Shown: positions 1 through 8,701, counted from the stretch's first letter. The stretch: 29,790 bases of DNA from a virus (IMGVR_UViG_3300020201_000080:1-29790), one strand, 5' to 3'. Numbers and translations: made by a program. The notes: generated by a model not told the origin, from the sequence alone.

Positions 1-107
1 ATTATATTTATTTTGCAATACTACTTTTAAGTATAAAATCTGTTTTTTTATCTGGTAATGGTTTGGTATACATTCAATTTTTCAAGGAGACGAAAACAGA
101 AACACGA

Positions 108-136
108 TTGACAAATCTCGAAAATATCCGAAAATT
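108..136 (+). promoter_or_regulatory. sigma70-like promoter, probably giving a leaderless mRNA
   Basis: TTGACA (108-113), 17-nt spacer, AAAATT (131-136). ATG at 142 has no SD. CGAAAA repeats at 91, 119 and 129. Confidence 0.55.
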
Positions 137-141
137 ATTGT

Positions 142-333
142 ATGGCTACAGCGACAAAAAGGAAACCTGAAAAGATTTTTACCAAGGCAGAAGTGGCAGA
201 CAGACAGAAAGACCTGATCCAACAACGCCTGGGAATCTTACCTATTGAGGTAACAGCCCATGGATATTATTATGATGGAAAGGAAATGATGGGAAAGTTA
301 AAAGAATTAAAAGCCAAAGGATGGAAGCCTTGA
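142..333 (+). CDS. small basic protein, possible antitoxin
   Basis: 63-aa ORF directly after a promoter; its stop overlaps a TTG start of a toxin-like frame. Confidence 0.55.
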   Translation: MATATKRKPEKIFTKAEVADRQKDLIQQRLGILPIEVTAHGYYYDGKEMMGKLKELKAKGWKP

Positions 334-555
334 TTCTAAGACTTCACCTTTTGGTCGAAAATTGCCTATATCTTTATTGGGACGATTTTGACGAATTGCA
401 TAATTTCATTGGGATTTAAAACAAAAGTTGAATTTGAAAAAGAACATGGCTCATCAGGCTTTATTTCCCACAAAATAGGAAAAAACATATATAAGATCGA
501 ATTTACTACTTCGGGAATGTCGGTTTATATCATTTTCATCCACAAAACCAATTAA
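330..555 (+). pseudogene. frameshifted RelE/ParE-like small gene (candidate toxin)
   Basis: TTG at 330 (TTGA overlap, SD AAGGA 317-321) reads MILRLHLLVENCLYLYWDDFDELHNFIGI* (TAA 417-419). The +1 frame continues FKTKVEFEKEHGSSGFISHKIGKNIYKIEFTTSGMSVYIIFIHKTN* (TAA 553-555). Confidence 0.35.
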
Positions 556-782
556 AAACCCTTCGAACCCCCTAAATTTAAACCTTTTTTTAAGAAGACG
601 ACATAATCTGAAGTGTTACCGATGTGCCTTTATATATAATTGGGTGCTTACAAATTCTTATTACGGTCTTATGCGACATAAGATTGAAAAAGGGAAGCTA
701 GACCTCAATAAAAAAGCCATTTAGTCAAGTTATTATCTAACAAACGCTAAATTTAAGATTGTTTCAGGCTCGAAAATTGAGT

Positions 783-1196
783 ATGGAACTAACAAAAAAA
801 GATACAACTGTTCTGCGGATAGCAGCTCCATTAGTCACCTCCAATGTAGGTGCTAGTGGGCGTATCCCAATGGCAACCAAAGACACACTTCCTCAGCTTT
901 ACATCACCTATCAGATGGCAAGGCAGATTTCCAACCGATTGCAAGAGATAGGGAATGAGTTATCAATTCGAATGCGCGAATTAGATCATTATTCTTCTTC
1001 TGCTAAGCACATTCTGGAAATGACGAAAGAGCACGAAGAACAAGCGGTTAACGCACTAAAGGAGAGCCACGAACGTCTCCTAGGTGGAACTATGCACACA
1101 ATGTTGAGTTCTATGATATCGGCATTTCGTGCTAGTTTGAACGACCTCGATGCAAGGCTTGGGAATAGGGCAAAAAAGGCAAACTCACATGACTAA
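783..1196 (+). CDS. hypothetical helical protein (start could be 759, 783 or 870)
   Basis: Open frame whose stop overlaps the antirepressor start; predicted helical/coiled-coil. Confidence 0.6.
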   Translation: MELTKKDTTVLRIAAPLVTSNVGASGRIPMATKDTLPQLYITYQMARQISNRLQEIGNELSIRMRELDHYSSSAKHILEMTKEHEEQAVNALKESHERLLGGTMHTMLSSMISAFRASLNDLDARLGNRAKKANSHD

Positions 1197-2019
1197 CCTA
1201 TTTCTTGAATATCAAGGTAACGAAATCCACTACACAGCCGAGGGGTATATAAATGTAACCCACATGGCTAAGATCTTCGGGAAAAGACCGGCAGATTTTT
1301 TTGCATTCAAGCAAGCTGAGGAATATGTTGAGGCACTTGCAGATGCAACCGGAATACATCCGAATGAGTTAAAGTATACAGTCCAGGGTGGTAATCAAAA
1401 GGAAATTCACCGTTACCAGAATTCTCCCAACGGTGGGGATCTCTTTTCTACACCTATAGAAGAAGATGAATCTCAATCTGTAATCGCTCAAGGAACCTTC
1501 TGCCATCCAAAACTAGCAATCCGTTTTGCACAATGGTTGAATCCAAAATTTGCTGTTTGGGTAGATGGGAAGATTCTAGAAATTCTCGGTTATACGAATA
1601 CTAAAGAATCTACTGAGTTGTTAATCTCTAGGGCTTTGATAGCTGCTAATGATTTTATCAATCATCAGAAAGACCAGATTCGTTTTCTAGAAGCTCGTGC
1701 AAAATCTTTCGAAGACTTAACAGAGACTTCAGGACTCTTTTCTTTTTCGGATGCTGCAAGAATTTTGAACTTCAAAGATTTTGGAGAGAAGAAGCTATTC
1801 GATTTTTGTCGGAAGAAAGGACTCCTTACTTCAAATAACAAGCCTTATGGTAAGTTTTTAGAAAAGGGATTTTTTGAAGTTAAAATCGTGGCAATTAAAA
1901 AAGGTTACGCTCGTTCAGAGAGCTATCCTAAAACTCATATTACTTCCAAAGGCATAGCATTCATTCGGGAACTTTTACTTTCGACTGGTGAATATTATCC
2001 TAACAAGGGAGCTGCATAA
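1189..2019 (+). CDS. phage antirepressor, KilA-N plus KilAC (ANT) domains
   Basis: KilA-N motifs YINVTHMAKIFGKRP, QGTFCHPKLAIRFAQWLNPKFAVWVD. KilAC motifs FSDAARIL, GEKKLFDFCR, KTHITSKG. ATG 1189 preferred over 1150. Confidence 0.9.
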   Translation: MTNLFLEYQGNEIHYTAEGYINVTHMAKIFGKRPADFFAFKQAEEYVEALADATGIHPNELKYTVQGGNQKEIHRYQNSPNGGDLFSTPIEEDESQSVIAQGTFCHPKLAIRFAQWLNPKFAVWVDGKILEILGYTNTKESTELLISRALIAANDFINHQKDQIRFLEARAKSFEDLTETSGLFSFSDAARILNFKDFGEKKLFDFCRKKGLLTSNNKPYGKFLEKGFFEVKIVAIKKGYARSESYPKTHITSKGIAFIRELLLSTGEYYPNKGAA

Positions 2020-2021
2020 TC

Positions 2022-2222
2022 ATGAGCACCTTTCCAGATATTTTAAATGAATTACTGCGAGAGGAAGATATGAACGGACCTAAGCGAAATATTGAGAAGA
2101 ACGTACAGGATGTGAAAACGGCAATGGATATTCAAAAGAATATGGCGAAACTAACAGAGTTTCAACGGATGAATCGATCTTTGAACGATTTATCTAACCC
2201 CTTAGGAAGGGTTTTTAAATAA
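2022..2222 (+). CDS. hypothetical protein
   Basis: 66-aa ORF, SD AAGGGAG within the upstream gene end. Confidence 0.65.
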   Translation: MSTFPDILNELLREEDMNGPKRNIEKNVQDVKTAMDIQKNMAKLTEFQRMNRSLNDLSNPLGRVFK

Positions 2223-2233
2223 ATAGAATTCCT

Positions 2234-2428
2234 ATGATAAAAATTGGAATGGAAAAGAAAAAAGAAAAGGGGTCTGTGTCAAAGACTATATTTAGAGTTA
2301 GGCGGTTGGTGAATGGAGACATTCGTTTATCGCAAGATTTTCAGTTAATCGGTGACATGGACTCCAAAATTTGGGAAGAACACTATAAGCCTAAGCTGGT
2401 AGGTTTTAGAGTCGAGTATTTGAATTAG
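2234..2428 (+). CDS. hypothetical protein
   Basis: 64-aa ORF in operon order. Confidence 0.55.
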   Translation: MIKIGMEKKKEKGSVSKTIFRVRRLVNGDIRLSQDFQLIGDMDSKIWEEHYKPKLVGFRVEYLN

Positions 2429-2516
2429 GGAAATGGCCAGTTGGAAGGTTTACTCCGCGGTCTCGTACACCACGGAGAGAGGTAGATATCTCTAAAGAGA
2501 ATCTACTGAATGCCTA
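2426..2516 (+). ncRNA. structured intergenic element with tRNA-like features (not a canonical tRNA)
   Basis: D-arm-like TGGCCAGTTGGAAGGT. Hairpin CTCCG-C-GGT-[CTCGTAC]-ACC-A-CGGAG (2453-2477). Hairpin GTAGAT-A-TCTC-[TAAA]-GAGA-ATCTAC (2482-2506). Confidence 0.4.
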
Positions 2517-2758
2517 GAAAAAAGCAAGGAAAAAAGGTAGATATTTTGCCACAGATAAACAAATACAAATTCCCCGATATCGATGAGGAAATTTTCAGTG
2601 TTAGAGCTGTTTACGAAATCCTCACAAGCAAAGAAGCAAAGCATTCGCATGAGAGTGCAATCCATGTTCTCCGAAGCTATGGATATGATACCTCCGTACT
2701 CGAAGCGGAAAAATCAGCAGAATTAGAACTAGAAGGAGTTCCAGAATATGTCAACTAA
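2510..2758 (+). CDS. hypothetical protein
   Basis: 82-aa ORF overlapping the next start; ends with SD-bearing GAAGGAG. Confidence 0.65.
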   Translation: MPRKKQGKKVDILPQINKYKFPDIDEEIFSVRAVYEILTSKEAKHSHESAIHVLRSYGYDTSVLEAEKSAELELEGVPEYVN

Positions 2759-3638
2759 CGCTAATGAACTAATGATGCCAAATGGTGAGATCAATCCGTC
2801 GGCATTTGTAAATGATCCAATGAAGAAACTCGAAAAACTGAGAATTCTTTTCCCTCCAGAAAAGTACAATGTGGTAATGTTCTCGCAGTTTTTAATGAAT
2901 GCTCTCCCAGAAGGAATCACGCTAAAGCCGCAATTTGTAAGTGTTACAGATGAAGATTTGTGGGATGAAAAGAACGCAAGCGAGGTTCCACTCAAAAAAG
3001 ACCATGTAATGTTAAAATCTGAAAAGGTTATTAATATTGGTCAAGCGGTGGGAATTCGATTAGAAAAAGTTTTGGAAAAGGAAATCGAACTAAGAGGGGT
3101 GCCTCACTTACGAATTGAATATGTAGCCTCTTTGCGATTGCCGGATGGAACGATGGTGCAATCAACACCAACGGGAAAAAATCTGCCGATTCTGACGAAA
3201 TCTGGTTCTGTACAAGCTCACATTCACGAAAGCGTAGATCGCAAAGCAAAACGAAATGCGATTAAAGAAATGCTTTCTATTCCTACGCAAATGAAGCGCA
3301 CGGAAGCTCAAAAGATGTGGGTTTGTGTCCGCGCTGTCATCGGTGATGGATCAATTGAATCACAAGCACAAATCAAAACGATCCAGGCTTCCGCTACAGC
3401 GGCAACTAACGCTCTTTATAGTGACGAAGTTGTTGTGAAGAATGAACCTAAGCCAATCACACCTGATGAGTTCAAAGAGATGATTAAGAACTGCAAGACT
3501 TTCGAGGAGTGGGAAACTCTTCGTGATACTTTAGCCAAGGATATGTTCCCAGACGAAATTACGTTCGAAGGCCTCAAAGCACTTCTCGGAAAGAAATTTC
3601 GTGAATCATTTCCAAATGCTGGTGGAGGCAAGCTATGA
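2748..3638 (+). CDS. putative single-strand annealing/recombination protein
   Basis: 296 aa, immediately upstream of sbcD/sbcC homologues. Helix ESVDRKAKRNAIKEML resembles the conserved helix of Rad52/Sak-type annealases; linker then small C-terminal helical domain. Function is inferred. Confidence 0.45.
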   Translation: MSTNANELMMPNGEINPSAFVNDPMKKLEKLRILFPPEKYNVVMFSQFLMNALPEGITLKPQFVSVTDEDLWDEKNASEVPLKKDHVMLKSEKVINIGQAVGIRLEKVLEKEIELRGVPHLRIEYVASLRLPDGTMVQSTPTGKNLPILTKSGSVQAHIHESVDRKAKRNAIKEMLSIPTQMKRTEAQKMWVCVRAVIGDGSIESQAQIKTIQASATAATNALYSDEVVVKNEPKPITPDEFKEMIKNCKTFEEWETLRDTLAKDMFPDEITFEGLKALLGKKFRESFPNAGGGKL

Positions 3639-4795
3639 TCAAGATAGGCAATATTGCTGACATCCATCTTCAAGGTGGATTCGAATCAAAAGAGGCAGTC
3701 GCGCTCTTGAAAGCTGGAGAGATCTTCCGAGAGAGAAATGTTGATCTAGTGATAGTTGGCGGAGATGTTTTCGAAGATGTCTCAACAGAGGAACAGAGAT
3801 TAGTTTTCAAGAAGTTCTTAGAAGATTTTTTTGCATATACGCCAATTCTAATTATTCGAGGAAACCATGACAAGCCTAGAGAGCTCACCTTATATCATCA
3901 GAATAAAGTTCTTGGGAATGTTTTTGTTTCTGAAAAGCCAGAGATTTTTGATTTCTATATTGGATCCCAAGAAGAGCACGTTAAATTCCTTACCCTCCCT
4001 CACTTTTCAGCTGGTGCTCTCGCTCTCCAATCTGGAAGCGTTGACCAGTTAGGTGAGAAGGGGACCAACGCATTCATGGATCTTTTGGATTCTTACTATC
4101 AAGAAATCCAAAAATCAGACTGCCCTTGTTTCGTTGCATTCCATGGAACGATCTCCGGAGCCAAACTGGATAATGAGAAGATTCCAAGACAAAATGGGAT
4201 ACATCTTCCTCTTCCTCTACTCGAATCTTTTGGATGTCCAGTCGTAGGCGGTCACTACCACAAGTTGCAAAATGTTGGTGGGAAGGTCTGGTATCCTGGA
4301 TCGATCACGCGACAAACTTGGGGCGAACATAAAGACGATAAGGGAATTCTGATTTGGTCATGTAACGAAGGGAAGTGGGACGCGGAACCAGAATTCATTT
4401 CCTTGAATCCTGAGCCGATGATATCAATTTCGGCAACGTGGGACGGATCCAAATTCATTGGCGAAACTGGAGAAGAGATCAATCTTGAGTCGATTTCAGA
4501 TTCCAAAGCAAAACTTAGATTCCGATTCAATGTGGATAAAGAACTTACTCACACGGTTCCAAAAAACCTGAAAGAGATTCTATCATCAATCGATCCTTCA
4601 GCAAAAATCGAAAAAACCACTAACACGAAAATGGCGGTTCGCAATTCCGAGATTGCAACGACAAACGATATCGAAGAATCTTTGCGGATCTATTTTCAAG
4701 GCAAAGGCATGAGCGATTCAGATATCGACGCCCACCTTGCAGAGCGTAGGTTGATTGTTGAATCGGCGGAAATTAAGGAAGAGGTGGCAGCATGA
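3635..4795 (+). CDS. sbcD: SbcD/Mre11-like metallophosphoesterase nuclease
   Basis: Motifs ADIH, GGDVFE, RGNHD, FHG, GGHYH, YPGS. Confidence 0.9.
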   Translation: MIKIGNIADIHLQGGFESKEAVALLKAGEIFRERNVDLVIVGGDVFEDVSTEEQRLVFKKFLEDFFAYTPILIIRGNHDKPRELTLYHQNKVLGNVFVSEKPEIFDFYIGSQEEHVKFLTLPHFSAGALALQSGSVDQLGEKGTNAFMDLLDSYYQEIQKSDCPCFVAFHGTISGAKLDNEKIPRQNGIHLPLPLLESFGCPVVGGHYHKLQNVGGKVWYPGSITRQTWGEHKDDKGILIWSCNEGKWDAEPEFISLNPEPMISISATWDGSKFIGETGEEINLESISDSKAKLRFRFNVDKELTHTVPKNLKEILSSIDPSAKIEKTTNTKMAVRNSEIATTNDIEESLRIYFQGKGMSDSDIDAHLAERRLIVESAEIKEEVAA

Positions 4796-5286
4796 AAGGC
4801 GAGAAAGTAACATTACAATCTATTCAAGATGCAAAGAGCAATTTGTATGGAATTCGATCGGACGGAAATCTCAAAAGGGAAACATCTGGAGATCGAGACA
4901 AAGAAGTTAGAAGATTGGCGGAGTTATATCTTTCCATCTTTGATTGTGAACCAGAGCATTTGCTTCCTCCCAATGATTTTCCATCTGAGATCGATGCATC
5001 AAATCATGAGCATGGTTTTGGGATCACTCCAGAGGAAGTAGCCGAGCTCATGAAGTTCATCAACTTTCAGAATGAAACGAAAGCGAAAATTATTGATCAA
5101 AAACGAAGGAGAGATGCCGCAATTTTTACCAAGCTTTCAGAAGTTCCGTATCGTGATTGGTTAGCTGGTATGATCTATGCTGGTTACAATAATTTCACAG
5201 TGAAAATGTCGGTCGAATACGCAGACAAAATGATCAAAGAACTTTACCCAATAGAAGGAGAAATCGATGAAGATTCTGGAAATTAG
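4792..5286 (+). CDS. hypothetical phage protein
   Basis: 164 aa, overlaps both neighbours. C-terminal RDWLAGM...EYADKMI resembles a common small phage motif (RDxFA...AYxxADAM). Confidence 0.7.
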   Translation: MKGEKVTLQSIQDAKSNLYGIRSDGNLKRETSGDRDKEVRRLAELYLSIFDCEPEHLLPPNDFPSEIDASNHEHGFGITPEEVAELMKFINFQNETKAKIIDQKRRRDAAIFTKLSEVPYRDWLAGMIYAGYNNFTVKMSVEYADKMIKELYPIEGEIDEDSGN

Positions 5287-7579
5287 AAACACGGGATCGA
5301 TTGCGTTCCCAAAAGGTATTACTTGGATTCCTGGTGATGATGAGAAGGTCGCAATCATTGGCGACAATGGTTCAGGAAAAACGACTCTTCTTGATACGAT
5401 CTCAATGGCCTTCTATGGCGTGACACCAAACAGACGTTCGGAATCTGGTAGAGAGGAAGGCGCAATTTACGGATGTTTTCAGGAGAAGGCATCTTCAATA
5501 GAGGTGAAAGCCGAGATCGACGGAAAACTTATTCATGTTAAACGTCTGATCGATCCTATTGCGAAAACTCAAAAGCCATATCTCTATGTGGATGGTAAAG
5601 CTGTTACGGAAGGAAAAATGAAGGAATTCAACGAGAAATTCCTAGAATATACTGATCTTCCAGAGGATCTTTTCCTTTCTGCATTGTACCATTCCCAAAG
5701 GGGAAAAGGCCATCTCGTATCTCTCGACCAAGCCGGAGCTCGTGAACTGCTCGGAAATCTTTTAGGATTCCAAGAGTATGATTCGGAATTCGATCTTGTA
5801 GATTCTGAGCGCAAGTTAGTTGATCAGTCTCTTGCAGCTGATGAAGTCCTTACGAAAAATCTACGAGCTACTATTGCAGAAGAAGATGAAACGAAAGAAA
5901 ATCTGACTAAGGAAAAAGAAGAATCAGTTCGCATTGATAAGGATCTAAGCGATGTTGAGAAGAAAATCACAACCATCCAGCAAGAACTAGCTGATTTGAA
6001 ATCCGAATCGGTTGGAGTTCGTGATCTTCTCGAAAAGCAAACATTGGTTAAAGCCGATATCGGATTACTCGAAAAAGAGATAACTGATTTATCTGAGAGA
6101 CTCAAAAACAACCTGGCTTTGAAAGAGAAAGAGCCAGAAATCAAAAAGGCAGTTTCGGATAAAAAGCAAGTAGAAGAGAAGATCGCAGAGCTCGAAAAAT
6201 CATTATCGAATCAGCTCACAGATTTGGAATCCAAAACTAAAGAAATCGAAGAATCTAATAAAACGATCAATTTAGAAATCTCTCGATTAGAAGATGATAA
6301 GACCAAGGCACGTAAAGAATTCGATACTATCTCTTTGTCCCTTTCTGATTTAAGAAGCAAGCTTTCTAGACTTACTTCCGAACTAACTGAAGCTGAAAAG
6401 AAATCTTCTCTTCTCTCAAGAGTTCCTTGCAATGGGGTGGAGGTTTCGGGTAAGAAGCTAACAGAATCATGCGAATTGCTTGCTGATGCGGTGGCGGCTC
6501 AATCAAGAATCGTCGAGATTAAAAAGGACTTCGATCAAGTTACTATAGACTCTAATGTTCTCGTTCTTAAGTCAGATCAAATCAACCTGCAGTTAAAGAC
6601 TATTGACGATTCAAAGTTAAAGGAATCGGAAAAGTTAAAGAACTTTGATTCCCTCGCAGAATTTAAAACCGAGATCGAAAAAATCAGAAAGGAAATCCAA
6701 TCTGAAAAATTGAAACTCACTCAGTATGCAGATATCGAAAAGCAAATTGCGAATCTTGCTTTGGTCGACGAACGAGTAAAAGACTACCAGGGAAAGATCG
6801 ATATTGCTAATTCCAAAAAAGCAGAATTGACAATGAATTTAGAGAGCCTCGTAAAGTTGATTTCTGACAAACAATCCGAAGTCGATGTTCTCGAAGGAGT
6901 GGAAGAAGATCTTCGAATCAAGACTGAATGGAAGAAAATAGCTTCTTCTAAGCGAGACGAATTGATTTCTAAAATTTCCAAACTCGAAGCAAAACTAACT
7001 CAAATCGAGGAAGCGAAATCGAGATTAGAATCCCTTGGAACTCAAGCAAAACTAGATCGACTAACTAGGCTTAAGAACTTGGCTGAGGCTCTATCTCCAA
7101 AAGGAGTCCGTGCTTTGAAACTTGATGCAGCTGGTCCCGAGATTTCCCAAACAATCAACGATATCCTTTCCGAGTGTTACGGCACTAGATTCCAAGTTGC
7201 GATTCGTACAACGAAGGAAACTGGAAAGGGCGTAACGAAAGAAGACTTCTCGATCGTAGTTCTCGATGAAGAAACTGGAGAGGAAACTTTCGTTGATAAC
7301 AAGTCAGGCGGTCAGGAAGCAATCATCAAAGAAGGGATCTCACTAGGAGTCGCTGTATTTAAAAAACAAAAGACCGGTGCGGATATCAGAACTTTGATAC
7401 GAGACGAAGCGGACGGAGGACTCACGTCCAAGAATGCTCATCTTTATCAGAAGATGCTTGATAAAGCAATGATCATGGGCGGATTCGCTCAAGTGATTTT
7501 TGTATCTCATAAACCTGAGATTCAAGAACTCGCGACAACTGTATTTCGCGTGGGTGATGGTAAGGTTGTACAATTATGA
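5267..7579 (+). CDS. sbcC: SbcC/Rad50-like SMC ATPase
   Basis: Walker A GDNGSGKT, Q-loop HSQ, long coiled coil with central Cys pair, signature KSGGQ, Walker B IRDE, H-loop VSH. Confidence 0.92.
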   Translation: MKILEIRNTGSIAFPKGITWIPGDDEKVAIIGDNGSGKTTLLDTISMAFYGVTPNRRSESGREEGAIYGCFQEKASSIEVKAEIDGKLIHVKRLIDPIAKTQKPYLYVDGKAVTEGKMKEFNEKFLEYTDLPEDLFLSALYHSQRGKGHLVSLDQAGARELLGNLLGFQEYDSEFDLVDSERKLVDQSLAADEVLTKNLRATIAEEDETKENLTKEKEESVRIDKDLSDVEKKITTIQQELADLKSESVGVRDLLEKQTLVKADIGLLEKEITDLSERLKNNLALKEKEPEIKKAVSDKKQVEEKIAELEKSLSNQLTDLESKTKEIEESNKTINLEISRLEDDKTKARKEFDTISLSLSDLRSKLSRLTSELTEAEKKSSLLSRVPCNGVEVSGKKLTESCELLADAVAAQSRIVEIKKDFDQVTIDSNVLVLKSDQINLQLKTIDDSKLKESEKLKNFDSLAEFKTEIEKIRKEIQSEKLKLTQYADIEKQIANLALVDERVKDYQGKIDIANSKKAELTMNLESLVKLISDKQSEVDVLEGVEEDLRIKTEWKKIASSKRDELISKISKLEAKLTQIEEAKSRLESLGTQAKLDRLTRLKNLAEALSPKGVRALKLDAAGPEISQTINDILSECYGTRFQVAIRTTKETGKGVTKEDFSIVVLDEETGEETFVDNKSGGQEAIIKEGISLGVAVFKKQKTGADIRTLIRDEADGGLTSKNAHLYQKMLDKAMIMGGFAQVIFVSHKPEIQELATTVFRVGDGKVVQL

Positions 7580-7767
7580 AAAAGAGAATTAAAAGATTGT
7601 TAAATCATATCCGCGATTTACGAGCCGAAATGTCAGAAATGAGAAAAATACATAAAATGAAAATGCAACTCCTTAATGAAGTTCAGTTTGTCTTAGTGGA
7701 TCTTTGGAGAGAGAACGATTCCTTAAAAAAGGAATTGAATCAAATCCAAATGAAGGAGGCTGCATAA
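7576..7767 (+). CDS. hypothetical coiled-coil protein
   Basis: 63 aa, ATGA overlap with sbcC stop. Confidence 0.65.
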   Translation: MKKRIKRLLNHIRDLRAEMSEMRKIHKMKMQLLNEVQFVLVDLWRENDSLKKELNQIQMKEAA

Positions 7768-7768
7768 G

Positions 7769-7894
7769 ATGTTTTCAGTAATTCACGTAATCATTCTGTG
7801 CGTTCTGGTTTCGTTTTTGTTCGGTTTGTTAGTTGGTAAATGGATGGCTTCGAAAAAGAAGCCAGTCCATTTTATCTCAAATCTACCGAGATAG
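7769..7894 (+). CDS. 41-aa single-pass membrane microprotein (absent from ORF track)
   Basis: SD AAGGAGG at 7753, ATG 7769: MFSVIHVIILCVLVSFLFGLLVGKWMASKKKPVHFISNLPR*. Hydrophobic N-terminus followed by a basic stretch. Confidence 0.7.
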   Translation: MFSVIHVIILCVLVSFLFGLLVGKWMASKKKPVHFISNLPR

Positions 7895-7931
7895 CTATTG
7901 TTATTTTTTAAAGAGACATAAGGAAGAAAAA

Positions 7932-8408
7932 TTGAAACCAGAAGATTATAGATGTGATCCATTAACCGCACAAATGAATTTGCCTCCTTCAGAGGCAATC
8001 GTTTGGACAACGCTATGGACATTTCAAGGTAACAATGAATATGCGTTTCCTTCTTTGGCTGCAATCTCTGAACGAATGGGAGGAATGCTGAAGCCGAAGC
8101 GCATATCTCAAATAATACAAAAGCTTAAAAAGAAAGGTTGGTTAGACGCTAAGAAGGTTGGATATCGAGGAACGAATCATTATCGTGTTTTTGTTCCTGA
8201 AGATTTATTGTTCAAACCAAATTTTGGAAAGAGAGAAAAGAACAAGGTTTACCAAGAGAAAATTAAAAAGCAACAGAAACCAAAGTTAGATTTCGATCTA
8301 CCAAAAATTCAAATCATAACACCAGAAAGGAGAATACCAACTGATGAAGAAGTTTGGGCACTAAGTAAAGAGGTTTTTGAGTTCTATGATGAGATGGAAG
8401 CTGCATGA
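7932..8408 (+). CDS. helix-turn-helix protein, replication-initiator-type N-terminal wHTH
   Basis: AFPSLAAISERMG...RISQIIQKLKKKGWL...TNHYRV pattern. TTG 7932 after AAGGA chosen as start (track start 7833). Confidence 0.7.
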   Translation: MKPEDYRCDPLTAQMNLPPSEAIVWTTLWTFQGNNEYAFPSLAAISERMGGMLKPKRISQIIQKLKKKGWLDAKKVGYRGTNHYRVFVPEDLLFKPNFGKREKNKVYQEKIKKQQKPKLDFDLPKIQIITPERRIPTDEEVWALSKEVFEFYDEMEAA

Positions 8409-8701
8409 AGTTACCAACAAAATGCAAATTGAAAACTTGGCCTTGCGATGTTGCAAAATGCGATTGTGAGCGTATTGCAATAAGTCGAGAGCCAGAGAAA
8501 TGGATCTCCCTCATGGCTATCGCTGAACACAAAAAAACGGGAGAAGATGCCCAGGTTGTAATTGAACGATTAGTTTCAAACCAATGGAAAAATCTTAGAG
8601 GAGACCGTCCTCTTGATATCAATAAATTCCATAAACGATTACAAACAGAGAATTTAAAAAAGATTATTTCGGAAGAAAAGGAAAAGGTAACAGGAACATG
8701 A
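8405..8701 (+). CDS. hypothetical protein
   Basis: 98 aa, ATGA overlaps on both sides, four Cys near the N-terminus. Confidence 0.65.
   Translation: MKLPTKCKLKTWPCDVAKCDCERIAISREPEKWISLMAIAEHKKTGEDAQVVIERLVSNQWKNLRGDRPLDINKFHKRLQTENLKKIISEEKEKVTGT

Noticed and set aside
8-73. 21-codon minus-strand ORF (MYTKPLPDKK...) as a divergent repressor
   Set aside because: Too short, with no HTH or SD support.
2426-2516. Canonical tRNA-Thr(CGT)
   Set aside because: No TTCRA T-loop, no proper 7-bp acceptor stem and no CCA; kept only as a tRNA-like element.
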